Positions 37,709 to 46,462 of a stretch of 64,000 bases of DNA are shown here, piece after piece (within the stretch, counting starts at the first letter, position 1; every line of letters begins with the position of its first letter). A program made the translations under genes and the position numbers. The notes beneath the pieces are model-generated. The model searched no databases. It saw only the letters and a program-made list of their open reading frames with translations, and was not told where the DNA came from. The DNA lies in the NCBI GenBank assembly GCA_040768925.1, contig JAXGLZ010000001.1:607016-671015 (forward strand), written 5' to 3'. Source of the DNA: Christensenellales bacterium (lineage in GTDB: Bacteria > Bacillota > Clostridia > Christensenellales > CALWSW01).

Positions 37709-38333
37709 AACGCAGGCTCTTTGCGGGCGCGCCGGCGACGGTGGCGCCCTTTTCGATGTTCCTGGTCACCACCGAGCCCGCGCCCACCGTTGCGCCGTCC
37801 CCCACGCGGATACCGGGCAGAACGGCGGAATTCGCCCCGATGGTGGAAAAATCCCCGGCGGCGGCCCGGCCAAGAAGAACCGCGCCCGGGCAAATGTGGG
37901 AAAAAACGCCCGCGCGGCAGTGATGCTCCACGATCGATGCGGTGTTGACGATGCAGCCCCTGCCGATTCCCGCCAGGGGGCCGACGTATGCCCCTGCGAG
38001 AACAAAGCACCCGCTGCCCAAAGCGGCAAAAGGGGAAACCACTGCGGCGGGGTGGATCACGGGCAGGGCAAAAAGGCCCAGACCGAGGGCTTGTTCCAGC
38101 AGCGCCCTGCGGAAGGCCCCGTCCCCGCTGGCGGCGCAGACAAAGGAAAATTCGCCCGCAAGCTGCGGCAGCAGCGAAAGGGGTCCGAGGACGGGGAAGC
38201 CCAAGACGCGGCTGTTTGTTGGGGCCGTATCGTCCAAAAAAGCGGCGGATCTGCCCGAGGCGGCGATCGCCCCCGCCGCGGCTGCCCCCATCCCGCCCGC
38301 GCAAAGGATCAGGACGGGGGAGCCCGCCCTCAA
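37707..38333 (-). CDS. NeuD/PglB-family sugar O/N-acetyltransferase (hexapeptide-repeat)
   Basis: N-terminal Rossmann-like VLILCAGGMGAAAAGAI followed by left-handed beta-helix repeats (IGRGCIVNTASIVEHHCRAGVFSHICPGAVLLG...). The TTG start overlaps the rfbB stop (TTGA). Confidence 0.75.
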   Translation of the reverse strand: MRAGSPVLILCAGGMGAAAAGAIAASGRSAAFLDDTAPTNSRVLGFPVLGPLSLLPQLAGEFSFVCAASGDGAFRRALLEQALGLGLFALPVIHPAAVVSPFAALGSGCFVLAGAYVGPLAGIGRGCIVNTASIVEHHCRAGVFSHICPGAVLLGRAAAGDFSTIGANSAVLPGIRVGDGATVGAGSVVTRNIEKGATVAGAPAKSLR

Positions 38334-39253
38334 AGCAGCTCCTTCAGGCCATCCTCGAAGCCGATTCCCGGCTCAAAGCCCAGTTCGTTCCGGATGCGGG
38401 AGCAATCGAGGGCATATCGTTGGTCGTGGCCTTTCCGGTCCGCCACGAAACGCACCGGGTCCCCGGAAAATTGGGTCATTTCGGCGAGCTTTCGCACCAG
38501 CGCGAGGTTCGAAAGCTCCACCCCGCTGCCGATGTTATAAACCCTGCCGGCTTTGCCCCGCTCCGCGACCAGCATCAGCGCCTTGCAGTGATCGTCCGTG
38601 TGGATCCATTCCCGGGTGTTTGTGCCGTCGCCGTAAACGGGAACGGGTTCGTTCGCCTTCAGGCAGCGGAGGATGGTGGGCAGCAGCTTTTCGCCGTGCT
38701 GGCTGGGGCCGTAGTTGTTGCAGCAGCGGGTGATTGAAACGTTCAGGCCGTGGGTTTTACAAAAGGCCAGGGCAAAGTGGTCCCCCGCTGCCTTGCTGGC
38801 GGAATAGGGGCTGTTCGGCATCAGGGGCCGGTCTTCGTCCCAGGACGGGTCGGTTTTGCCAAGGGAGCCGTAGACCTCGTCCGTCGAAACCTGCACAAAG
38901 CGCGAGACGCGCTCGTTGACCGCGGTTTGAAGAAGAACCGCGGTGCCCAGCACGTTCGACCGGGCAAAGGCGCAGCCGTTTTCGATGGAACGGTCCACGT
39001 GGCTTTCCGCCGCAAGATGGAAGACCAGATCGAACCCGTATTCCCGGAATAAAGAGGAAACCAGCGGCCCGTCGCAGATGTCCCCCTCGATGAACTCGTG
39101 GCGGGGGTGGTTCTGGAATCCGCCCAGGCGCGAAAGATCCGCGGCATAGGTCAGCGCATCCAGATTGACGACGAAATCCCCCGCATCGATCAGCATGCGC
39201 GCCAGCCGCGCGCCGATGAACCCCGCCCCGCCGGTTACCAGCACGGTTTTCAT
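38330..39253 (-). CDS. rfbB: dTDP-glucose 4,6-dehydratase
   Basis: VLVTGGAGFIGARL, STDEVYG and YSASKAAGD (YxxxK). GAGGTG RBS before the second ATG. The track ORF extended to 39427 runs into repeat DNA. Confidence 0.9.
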   Translation of the reverse strand: MKTVLVTGGAGFIGARLARMLIDAGDFVVNLDALTYAADLSRLGGFQNHPRHEFIEGDICDGPLVSSLFREYGFDLVFHLAAESHVDRSIENGCAFARSNVLGTAVLLQTAVNERVSRFVQVSTDEVYGSLGKTDPSWDEDRPLMPNSPYSASKAAGDHFALAFCKTHGLNVSITRCCNNYGPSQHGEKLLPTILRCLKANEPVPVYGDGTNTREWIHTDDHCKALMLVAERGKAGRVYNIGSGVELSNLALVRKLAEMTQFSGDPVRFVADRKGHDQRYALDCSRIRNELGFEPGIGFEDGLKELL

Positions 39254-39293
39254 AGTCATCACCTCAAAAAAACATATGCCCTTTGGACAGGCA

Positions 39294-39322
39294 AAAAGAC
39301 CGGGCGAAGGATGCGCCCGGTC
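39294..39322 (-). terminator. Canonical intrinsic terminator only ~40 nt upstream of the rfbB start codon (leader terminator)
   Basis: Minus strand: GACCGGGCG-catcctt-CGCCCGGTC followed by TTTTTGCC. Confidence 0.75.
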
Positions 39323-39329
39323 ACGGTTT

Positions 39330-39955
39330 GAGTTGGTTTGGATTGGGGGCGATGCGCCCGGAGGGTCGTTTGATCCCCTTGCATGAACCCTCATAAGGGC
39401 TGTGCGCCGGCAGTCGGATGGGGACACCCCGAATCGTTCCTATCCTCACTCTGGCGTGTTTCCAGACGGACTGGGGTCCCGGAGCGCAACGGCTTGCCTG
39501 CTGGACAGGAGGCCCGAAAGGCTCCTTAGAGTTCCATTATTAAGAAGTTCGCCGCATCCTAAAAGGACACCCATTTCCCGAATAAAACCCCTTTGATTCC
39601 TCTGCACAAAAGCCCCATAAGGGCTGTTCGCAGGCAGACGGATGGGGACACCCCGAAAATACTCTTTGCCTGCTCCGGTGTGTTTCCGGACGGTCTGGGG
39701 TCCCGGAGCCGGGCGGCAGGGGGCCCGAAAGGCTCCTTAGAGTCCCATTATTAAGAAGTTCGCCGCATCCTAAAAGAAAACCCATTTCCCGAAATAAAAT
39801 CCCTTTGATCCTCCCGCACAAAACCCCCATAAGGGCCGTTCGCAGGCAACCGGATGGAGACACCCCGAAAACACCCTTTGCCTGCTCCGGTGTGTTTCCA
39901 GACGGTCTGGGGTCCCGGAGCGCCAATGGCTTGCCGGGAAAACGGGGGTCCGGGG
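39330..39955 (-). repeat. Left arm of the nest: three minus-orientation core copies (anchor CATAAGGGC at 39391, 39616, 39829; spacings 225 and 213 bp)
   Basis: Direct reading. The copy nearest rfbB (39340-39540) is the most diverged. The other two are roughly 95% identical to plus-strand units. Confidence 0.8.
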
Positions 39956-40141
39956 GTGTCCCTCGGCGTTTTTTGCTTCTTTTTTTCGCAAAAAAAGAAG
40001 GTTCGCATTCCCGCAGGAATGACGCTTCCTTTCAGGAAGGAAATTCTTTTTTTTGCCCCAAAATGCCGCTTCCGGGGGGAGATCACCTACTTTTTTGGCA
40101 AAAAAAGAAGGTGCACATTTCCGCAGGAATGACGCTTCCTT

Positions 40142-41095
40142 TTAGGAAGGAAATTCTTTTTTTTGCCCCAAAATGGCATTTTCGGAGGAAAGAGAACCTA
40201 CTTTTTTTGTACGAAAAAAGTAGCAAAAAAGTGCCGGGGAGCCCCCCGGACCCCCTGCCCGGCAAGCCATTGGCGCTTCAGGAACCCAGACCGTCTGGAA
40301 ACACACCGGAGCAGGCAAAGGGTGTTTTCGGGGTGTCCCCATCCGGCTGCCTGCGCACAGCCCTTATGAGGGTTTTGTGCAGAGGGATCAACGGGGTTTT
40401 ATTTCGGGAAATGGGTGTCCTTTTTGAAGACGTGACGAGCTTTTGCAAATGACTGGGCGGAAGGAAATTTTCTTTTTTTGCCTCAAAATGGCACTTCGGA
40501 GGAAAGAGAATCTACTTTTTTTGCACAAAAAAAGTAGCAAAAAAGTGCCGGGGAGCCCCCCGGGCCCCCTGCCCGGCAAGCCATTGGCGCTTCGGGACCC
40601 CAGACCGTCCGGAAACACACCGGAGCAGGCAAAGGGTGTTTTCGGGGTGTCCCCCTCCGGCTGCCTGCGAACGGCCCTTATGAGGGTTTTGTGCGGGAGG
40701 ATCAAAGGGATTTTATTTCGGGAAATGGGTTTTCTTTTTTAAAGACGTGACGAGCTTTTGCAAATGACTGGGCGGAAGGAGATTCTCTTTTTTTGCCTCA
40801 AAATGGCACTTCGGAGGAAAGAGAACCTACTTTTTTGCACGAAAAAAGTAGCAAAAAAGTGCCGGGGAGCCCCCCGGACCCCCTGCCCGGCAAGCCATTG
40901 GCGCTTCGGGAACCCAGACCGTCTGGAAACACACCGGAGCAGGCAAAGGGTGTTTTCGGGGTGTCCCCCTCCGGCTGCCTGCGAACGGCCCTTATGGGGC
41001 CTTTGTGCAGAGGGATCAACGGGGTTTTGTTTTGGGAAATGGGCGTTCTTTTTTGAAGGCGACGAACTTTTGCAAATTGCCCGGCGGTGGGGCTT
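40142..41095 (+). repeat. Right arm of the nest: three head-to-tail units (starts about 40142, 40458, 40773; period 316/315 bp)
   Basis: Each unit contains a CTAC-T6/7-loop-A6/7-GTAG hairpin, a CGGGGAGCCCCCCG hairpin and the 160-bp core. Confidence 0.85.
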
Positions 41096-41114
41096 CAAAG
41101 GAAAAAGCGGGAAA

Positions 41115-41147
41115 CAAAAAAAACGCCGGGGGAAAATCCCCGGCGTT
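41115..41147 (-). terminator. Rho-independent terminator of tkt
   Basis: Minus strand: AACGCCGGGG-atttt-CCCCCGGCGTT followed by TTTTTTTT. Confidence 0.8.
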
Positions 41148-41162
41148 CCTCTTTAGCTGCGC

Positions 41163-43136
41163 TTATTTGCCCAGCACCTTAAGGCCGGTTTCCACCGCGT
41201 TTTCAACGGTGAAGCCGAATTCCTTGAACAGCGTGGCGGCCGGGGCGGAAGCGCCGAAGTGGTCCAGACCAATGACGGCGCCGTCCAGTCCAACGTATTT
41301 GTACCAGGGCATGGTCGCGCCGGCTTCGATGGCGACGCGGGCGCGCACGGCGGCGGGCAGGACGCTTTCCTTGTAGTCCGCGGACTGGGCGTCGAAGACC
41401 TCCGCGCAGGGCATGCTGACCACACGGACCTTGATTCCCCGCTCGGTCAGGGCTTCGCAGGCGCCGACGGCCTGCTCAACCTCGGAGCCGGAGGCGATAT
41501 AGATCAGATCGGGGGTGCCTTCGCAGTCCTTCAGAACGTATCCGCCCTTTAAGGCCGCCTTGCCGTCCTGGTCATAGGTGGGCAGGTTCTGGCGGGTGCA
41601 GACGATGCAGGTCGGGCCGTTAAAGGTCAGCGCGCTCAGATACGCGGCGGCGGTTTCCTTGCCGTCCGCCGGGCGGAAGACGTTCACGCCCGGGGTGGCC
41701 CGCAGGGCGGCCAGATGCTCCACAGGCTCGTGGGTGGGTCCGTCCTCGCCGACGCCGATGGAATCGTGGGTCAGGATGTAGATCACCCGGGTCTTCATCA
41801 GCGCGGAAAGCCGCAGAGCGCCCTTCAGGTAATCGGAGAACACAAAGAAGGTGGCGCAATAGGGGCGCAGCCCGCCGTGCAGCGCGATGCCGTTCGCCGC
41901 ACAGGCCATGGCGAATTCGCGCACGCCGAAGTGGATGTTCCCGCCGTCCCGGTCCGTTGGGCCGAACCAGCCGGTATTGGCCATGTCGGACTTGTTGGAG
42001 GGCGCGAGGTCCGCGGAGCCGCCGAACAGGGTGGGAACTTGCTTCGCGATGTAATTTAGGCACTTTCCGCTGGTGGCGCGGGTCGCGGCCTTGCCTGAGA
42101 AGTTCCAAAATTCCGGATCGTTCTCGAAATCGGGCAGATTGCCGGCAAAATAAGCGTCCAGCGCCTTCGCCTTTTCGGGATTGGCGTTCTGGTACGCGGC
42201 ATAAAGCGCTTCCCATTCGGCGCGCGCTTTGCCCAGGCGCTCCTTGTGGGCGGCGTAGGCGGCGGTTACTTCTTCCGGCACTTCAAAAGCGCCTTCACAG
42301 GGCCAGCCGAGGCTCTTTTTCATCTCGGCGATGTTCGCGTCGCCCAGGGGTTCGCCGTGGGCCTTGTGGGAACCGGCCAAGGGGGAGCCTTCGGCGATGC
42401 GGGTCTTGACGATCACCAGGGAGGGGGCCTCCTTGTTCGCCTTGGCTTCGTTGAGGGCCCTGGTGATGGCGGCCATGTCCGTTCCGTCCTCAACCTTGAT
42501 GACCTGCCAGCCGTAAGCCGCATAGCGGGCGCCCACGTCCTCGGTGAAGGCGACGTCCGTATTGCCCTCGATGGAAATATCGTTGTCGTCATAGATCACG
42601 ATGAGCTTGGAAAGCTTCAGCGTGCCCGCCAAAGAGGCGGATTCGCCGGAAACGCCTTCCATCAGGCAGCCGTCGCCGCTGAGGGCGTAAGTGTAGTGGT
42701 CGATCACCGGGAATTCAGGGGTGTTGAAGCGCGCGGCAAGATGCTCCTCGGCCATCGCCATGCCGACGGCCATCGCAACGCCCTGGCCCAGGGGCCCGCT
42801 GGTGGCGTCCACGCCGGCGGTATGGCCGAATTCGGGGTGGCCGGGGGTTTTGCTGCCCCACTGGCGGAAGGCTTTCAGATCGTCAATGGTAAGGCCGTAG
42901 CCGAAAAGGTGAAGAAGCGAATAAAGCAGCATGGAGCCGTGGCCCGCGGAAAGCACGAAGCGGTCGCGGTTGATCCATTCGGGGCAGGCGGGATCGTGGC
43001 GCATCACGTTTGCCCAAAGGGCGTAAGCCGCCGGCGCGGCGCCAAGGGGAAGGCCCGGATGACCGGAATTCGCCTTCTGAATGGCTTCTGCCGAAAGCAC
43101 GCGCAGAGCGTTCATGGCGAGGGTATCTTTGCTCAT
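41163..43136 (-). CDS. tkt: Transketolase
   Basis: [26 protein letters not shown] (TPP motif) and [31 protein letters not shown] trimmed the track ORF to the ATG at 43136. Confidence 0.93.
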   Translation of the reverse strand: MSKDTLAMNALRVLSAEAIQKANSGHPGLPLGAAPAAYALWANVMRHDPACPEWINRDRFVLSAGHGSMLLYSLLHLFGYGLTIDDLKAFRQWGSKTPGHPEFGHTAGVDATSGPLGQGVAMAVGMAMAEEHLAARFNTPEFPVIDHYTYALSGDGCLMEGVSGESASLAGTLKLSKLIVIYDDNDISIEGNTDVAFTEDVGARYAAYGWQVIKVEDGTDMAAITRALNEAKANKEAPSLVIVKTRIAEGSPLAGSHKAHGEPLGDANIAEMKKSLGWPCEGAFEVPEEVTAAYAAHKERLGKARAEWEALYAAYQNANPEKAKALDAYFAGNLPDFENDPEFWNFSGKAATRATSGKCLNYIAKQVPTLFGGSADLAPSNKSDMANTGWFGPTDRDGGNIHFGVREFAMACAANGIALHGGLRPYCATFFVFSDYLKGALRLSALMKTRVIYILTHDSIGVGEDGPTHEPVEHLAALRATPGVNVFRPADGKETAAAYLSALTFNGPTCIVCTRQNLPTYDQDGKAALKGGYVLKDCEGTPDLIYIASGSEVEQAVGACEALTERGIKVRVVSMPCAEVFDAQSADYKESVLPAAVRARVAIEAGATMPWYKYVGLDGAVIGLDHFGASAPAATLFKEFGFTVENAVETGLKVLGK

Positions 43137-43635
43137 TTTTTTCCTCCTGAATGTTGTGCGGCAATAAAATGTCAGCATGATTATACAGGTTAAGCTCAGT
43201 TTTCGCAATAGGGCAAACGCCGGAAGCGCTCCCCAAAGCCCAAACCCACAGGCTTTTGCGGCGCAAAAGAAAGCGGTGCGTCCCCGGAAAAAGCTGCGCC
43301 AAAAAGCGCCGCAAAAAAGGAAAAGACCGGTGGCGCATTCCGTTTTCGTCCTTTGCCTTAAGCATGCGTTTGAAAAATCCCGGGCGTTTTACAGCGCGGA
43401 CGGAAATCTTTCGCGCTTCCGATTCAATAAGGCTGATCCCGGGCATTCGTATTCAAAAACAGGCTGCGAAGCCATTTGGCATTCGCGCGCATCGCGCAGC
43501 CGGTTTGATGAAAAGCAGAAATCACCTCTAAGGCCCGCGATGTTGCAAATTCCTGTGTTGCGTGTAATGAACCGACAAGAACGCGAAAACTAAAACAAGA
43601 AAGGAACATGGATACAAAAATAGCGATATCAATAC

Positions 43636-43663
43636 TTGACAATCCTGGTCTTACATATATAAT
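43636..43663 (+). promoter_or_regulatory. Candidate sigma-A promoter of the FGGY/SDR/DeoC-like operon (TTGACA, 16 nt spacer, TATAAT)
   Basis: TTGACA at 43636-43641 and TATAAT at 43658-43663. Confidence 0.55.
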
Positions 43664-43676
43664 CGAGTTATACCAT

Positions 43677-43692
43677 CAAGTGGTAAGACTTG
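43677..43692. promoter_or_regulatory. Candidate GntR/HutC-type operator (CAAGTGGTAAGACTTG), with a partner half-site GGTCTTAC at 43645-43652
   Basis: Resembles the GT-n-TA-n-AC cores of HutC-subfamily operators (for example the dre-like TGGTCTAGACCA). It overlaps or follows the promoter. A GntR/UTRA regulator is encoded at 47319-48086. Confidence 0.4.
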
Positions 43693-43852
43693 TATAAACA
43701 AGCTGTACCTTCGTTTACCTCTTCATTCAGGGCATTCCAAGCCATAAAACCCCCGAAAGCTCCCTTCGAACATTTTTTCTGTGCAGGCTGGCCAGCATCA
43801 CAGATTGATCCGTCACCGAAAATGAAACGATGAACCAACAGGAGGACTTGTA

Positions 43853-45403
43853 ATGGGCAGATACCTTATCGGCATTGACGAAGGCACCACCGGCTGCAAA
43901 ACCTGTATATTTGAATTCGACGGCACCCTTGTGGGCAGCGATTACCGCGAATACGGCTGCTATTACCCGAAGCCCGGCTGGGTGGAACAATACGGAGACG
44001 AAATCACCTCCGGTTTGTTCGCGTCCTGCAGCGCTGCCATTGCCAAATCCAAAGTCGACCCCAAAGAAATCGAAGCCGTGGCAATCTCCACCCAGGGCTC
44101 GGTCTGGGGCCCGCTGGATCAAGACGGCACGCTGATCCGCCCCTTCATGGGCTGGCAGGACACCCGGGGTGCTTCCTATGTCGACCGCATGATGCAGGGC
44201 GAATACATCGACCCCGCGGAGCTTTATCAGATCGCGGGATACGGCCCGGCAACGGTCCCCGCCCTCACCAAATACCTGTGGTTCAAGGACAATGAGCCAG
44301 AACTCTTTGCACAGACCGCGTATTTTTCCTCCCACCAGGAGTATTTCCTCAAGCGTTTCGGCGCAAAGGACTGGTTCGTGACCGATACTGCGACCGCGAG
44401 CCGCACCGGCGTTTTTGATATCGACAATAATTGCTGGAGCAAAAAAATCATTGTGGACGCCCTGGGCCTGGACATCAGCAGGTTCCCGAGAATCGTTAAG
44501 GCCGGAACGGTGGTCGGCACCATCAACAAGTTCGTGGCCGAACAGACCGGCCTGGCCGAAGGCACCAAGCTTTGCGTGGGCGCGATGGACCAGAACTGCT
44601 CCACCATGGGCGGCGGCCTGGTCAAGGGCGGCTCGGCCGTGGCGGTCATCGGGACCTACGGCTCCACCTATGTCGCCATGGACGAATCCGTCCGCGACCC
44701 GAACCGCACCCTGATCTTCAAGCACAACTCCGGCCCGGAAAACTACACTTTTGAAGCCGCCTCCATCGCCTCCGCCAGCAGCTACCGCTGGTACCGCGAC
44801 GTGTTCTGCGATCTCGAGGTCGCCGCGGGCAGAGTGGTGGGCGAGGACCCCTACGAGCTGATCAACCGCCAGATCGAATCCGTCGGCCCGGGCGCGAACG
44901 GCATCACCTTCCTTCCGTATCTCCAGGGCGCGGGCAGCGGCCCCAGGGCGGACAACTACGCCCGCGGCTGCATCCTGAACGCCAGCCTTGGCACCACAAA
45001 GGCGGAAATCGCCCGGGCCGTCATGGAAGGCATCACCTATGAAATGCGGGACAACATCGATTCCATCCGGCGCATCGGCATCGAGCTGAAGGATCTGCGC
45101 ATCACCGGCGGCGGAACGAAGGCGCCCCTTTGGTGCCAGATGCAGGCCGACATCTACAAGCAGCCGGTTTCCGTGCTGCAGACCAGCGAAACGGGCTGCC
45201 TGGGCGCGGCGATCTATGCCGGCGTGGGCGCGGGCGTGTTCGCAAGCTATGAGGAAGCGGCGGAAAAGGCCGTTCACATCAAGGAAGTTTACACCCCGAA
45301 CCCGGACAATTTCGCAGCCTACGACAAGGGCTACAAGCGGTTCACAACGGCTTACGAAGCCCTGGCAAACGGCGGATTCTTCGCCATGAACAAGGAAGAC
45401 TGA
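43853..45403 (+). CDS. FGGY-family carbohydrate kinase
   Basis: YLIGIDEGTTGCKTCIF, ...ITGGGTKAPLWCQMQADI. AGGAGG RBS. 516 aa. Confidence 0.88.
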   Translation: MGRYLIGIDEGTTGCKTCIFEFDGTLVGSDYREYGCYYPKPGWVEQYGDEITSGLFASCSAAIAKSKVDPKEIEAVAISTQGSVWGPLDQDGTLIRPFMGWQDTRGASYVDRMMQGEYIDPAELYQIAGYGPATVPALTKYLWFKDNEPELFAQTAYFSSHQEYFLKRFGAKDWFVTDTATASRTGVFDIDNNCWSKKIIVDALGLDISRFPRIVKAGTVVGTINKFVAEQTGLAEGTKLCVGAMDQNCSTMGGGLVKGGSAVAVIGTYGSTYVAMDESVRDPNRTLIFKHNSGPENYTFEAASIASASSYRWYRDVFCDLEVAAGRVVGEDPYELINRQIESVGPGANGITFLPYLQGAGSGPRADNYARGCILNASLGTTKAEIARAVMEGITYEMRDNIDSIRRIGIELKDLRITGGGTKAPLWCQMQADIYKQPVSVLQTSETGCLGAAIYAGVGAGVFASYEEAAEKAVHIKEVYTPNPDNFAAYDKGYKRFTTAYEALANGGFFAMNKED

Positions 45404-45482
45404 GGAAGAATCAATCATTGAAGCCGGCCCCCGGGGAAGCGGCGCTTTGCCGGGGGCTGGAAATACTATTGGAGGCAGAACA

Positions 45483-46220
45483 ATGCAGCTGAAGGACAGG
45501 GTATGCGTCGTGACCGGCGCGGCAAGCGGAATAGGCCGCCAGATCGCGGTTGCCTACGCCAAAGAAGGCGCAAAGGTGGCGGTTGTGGACATTCAGCAGG
45601 AAAAAGCGGAAGAAACGGCAAAGGAAACCAACGGCAGGGCGTATGTTTGCAATCTGCGCGCCGTTTCCGAGATCGAATCCACCATGGCCGCGATCAAAAA
45701 GGATTTCGGTCGGGTGGACGTTCTGGTAAACGTGGCGGGCCTTGCGAACCGCACCCCGATTGAAGATATCACCGAAGCGGAATGGGATCTTTTGAACGAC
45801 GTCAACCTCAAGGCCACCTTCTTCATGGCCAAGGAAGCGTATAAAATCATGGTGAAGCAGGGCGGCGGAAAGATCATCAACCTCGCTTCCCACCGGGCCC
45901 GCACGTCGGACGGCCGCCACACGATCTACGACGCGACCAAGGCCGGCGTCGAGGCCATCACCAGGAGCTTCGCCGTCGCCGGCGGGCCCAACGGCGTCGT
46001 CACCAACACCATCGTGCCCGCCTACGTCATCACCCCCATGACCGCCCACAACTTGGAAAACCAGGGGTGGCTGGACCACATGAAGGAGCGCATCCCCCTG
46101 GGCCGCCTTTTTGAGATGCAGGAGGTGGCGAACATCGCGCTGTTCCTCGCTTCGGATAATTCCTCAGGCATCAACGGCCAGCCCATCGTGCTGGACGGCG
46201 GCTGGACGATCCACGAATGA
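45483..46220 (+). CDS. SDR-family oxidoreductase
   Basis: VVTGAASGIGRQIA, NVAGL and YDATKAG (YxxxK). GGAGG RBS. I trimmed the track ORF to the ATG at 45483. Confidence 0.88.
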   Translation: MQLKDRVCVVTGAASGIGRQIAVAYAKEGAKVAVVDIQQEKAEETAKETNGRAYVCNLRAVSEIESTMAAIKKDFGRVDVLVNVAGLANRTPIEDITEAEWDLLNDVNLKATFFMAKEAYKIMVKQGGGKIINLASHRARTSDGRHTIYDATKAGVEAITRSFAVAGGPNGVVTNTIVPAYVITPMTAHNLENQGWLDHMKERIPLGRLFEMQEVANIALFLASDNSSGINGQPIVLDGGWTIHE

Positions 46221-46272
46221 TCCAAGGCGGCGGAAAAGGCCCGCGCATCCTTGCCGCCGGTGGTCAACGCTG

Positions 46273-46410
46273 CCGCGCAAGGTAATCTCGGGCATTCGCG
46301 CCCGAAACAGCACGGCAAAACTGACGGCGTGAGCGTCGGTTTTGATTGCGCCTTGATTGTACCTCAAGGGCTGCGGGCCCTGAAACCCCATTGTTGGGGC
46401 TTGTCGATAC
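46273..46410 (+). repeat. Type-1 modular repeat, partial copy D (3' modules only)
   Basis: GGCAAAACTGACG...CGTCGGTTTTGATTG...CTCAAGGGCTGCGGGCCCTGAAACCCCATTGTTGGGGCTTGTCGA aligns to the 3' half of copy C. No duplicated flank is seen. Confidence 0.6.
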
Positions 46411-46462
46411 CATCAATCTTCGTCGGGCGAAGATAAAATAATGATTGTGCTGGAGGCTAAAG

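Larger units (their letters stand above)
39330..41095. repeat. Type-2 composite repeat nest: three core copies in minus orientation, a central A/T-hairpin block, and three tandem ~315-bp units in plus orientation
   Basis: The core (~160 bp, ...GGCAAGCCATTGGCGCTTCGGGAACCCAGACCGTCTGGAAACACACCGGAGCAGGCAAAGGGTGTTTTCGGGGTGTCCCC...CCCTTATGAGGGTTTTGTGC...) is seen six times. There is no credible CDS. Confidence 0.85.

Noticed and set aside
38330-39427. N-terminal extensions of several track ORFs (rfbB to 39427, GT2 to 10618, tkt to 43208, mreB from 13427, comFC from 7844, and others).
   Set aside because: The extensions lack homology, overlap neighbouring genes or repeat DNA, and bypass internal starts that have good Shine-Dalgarno sequences and family-typical N-termini.
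39860-39930. Resemblance of GTCCGGAAACACACCGGAGCAGGC to the SRP RNA domain IV motif (GUCCGGAAGGAAGCAGC).
   Set aside because: The apical loop is 7 nt rather than a GNRA tetraloop. The flanks do not form the long closing helix of SRP RNA. The segment is present six times. I treat the similarity as coincidental or, at most, distant.
39330-41095. A CRISPR array, or an array of tandem small protein genes.
   Set aside because: The units are 213-316 bp with no short conserved repeat alternating with unique spacers, and no cas genes are nearby. The ~99-aa ORFs in the units (for example 40443..40742 and 40758..41156) are read in different frames in different copies, because the A/T hairpin differs by 1 nt in length between copies. 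No coding frame is therefore conserved.
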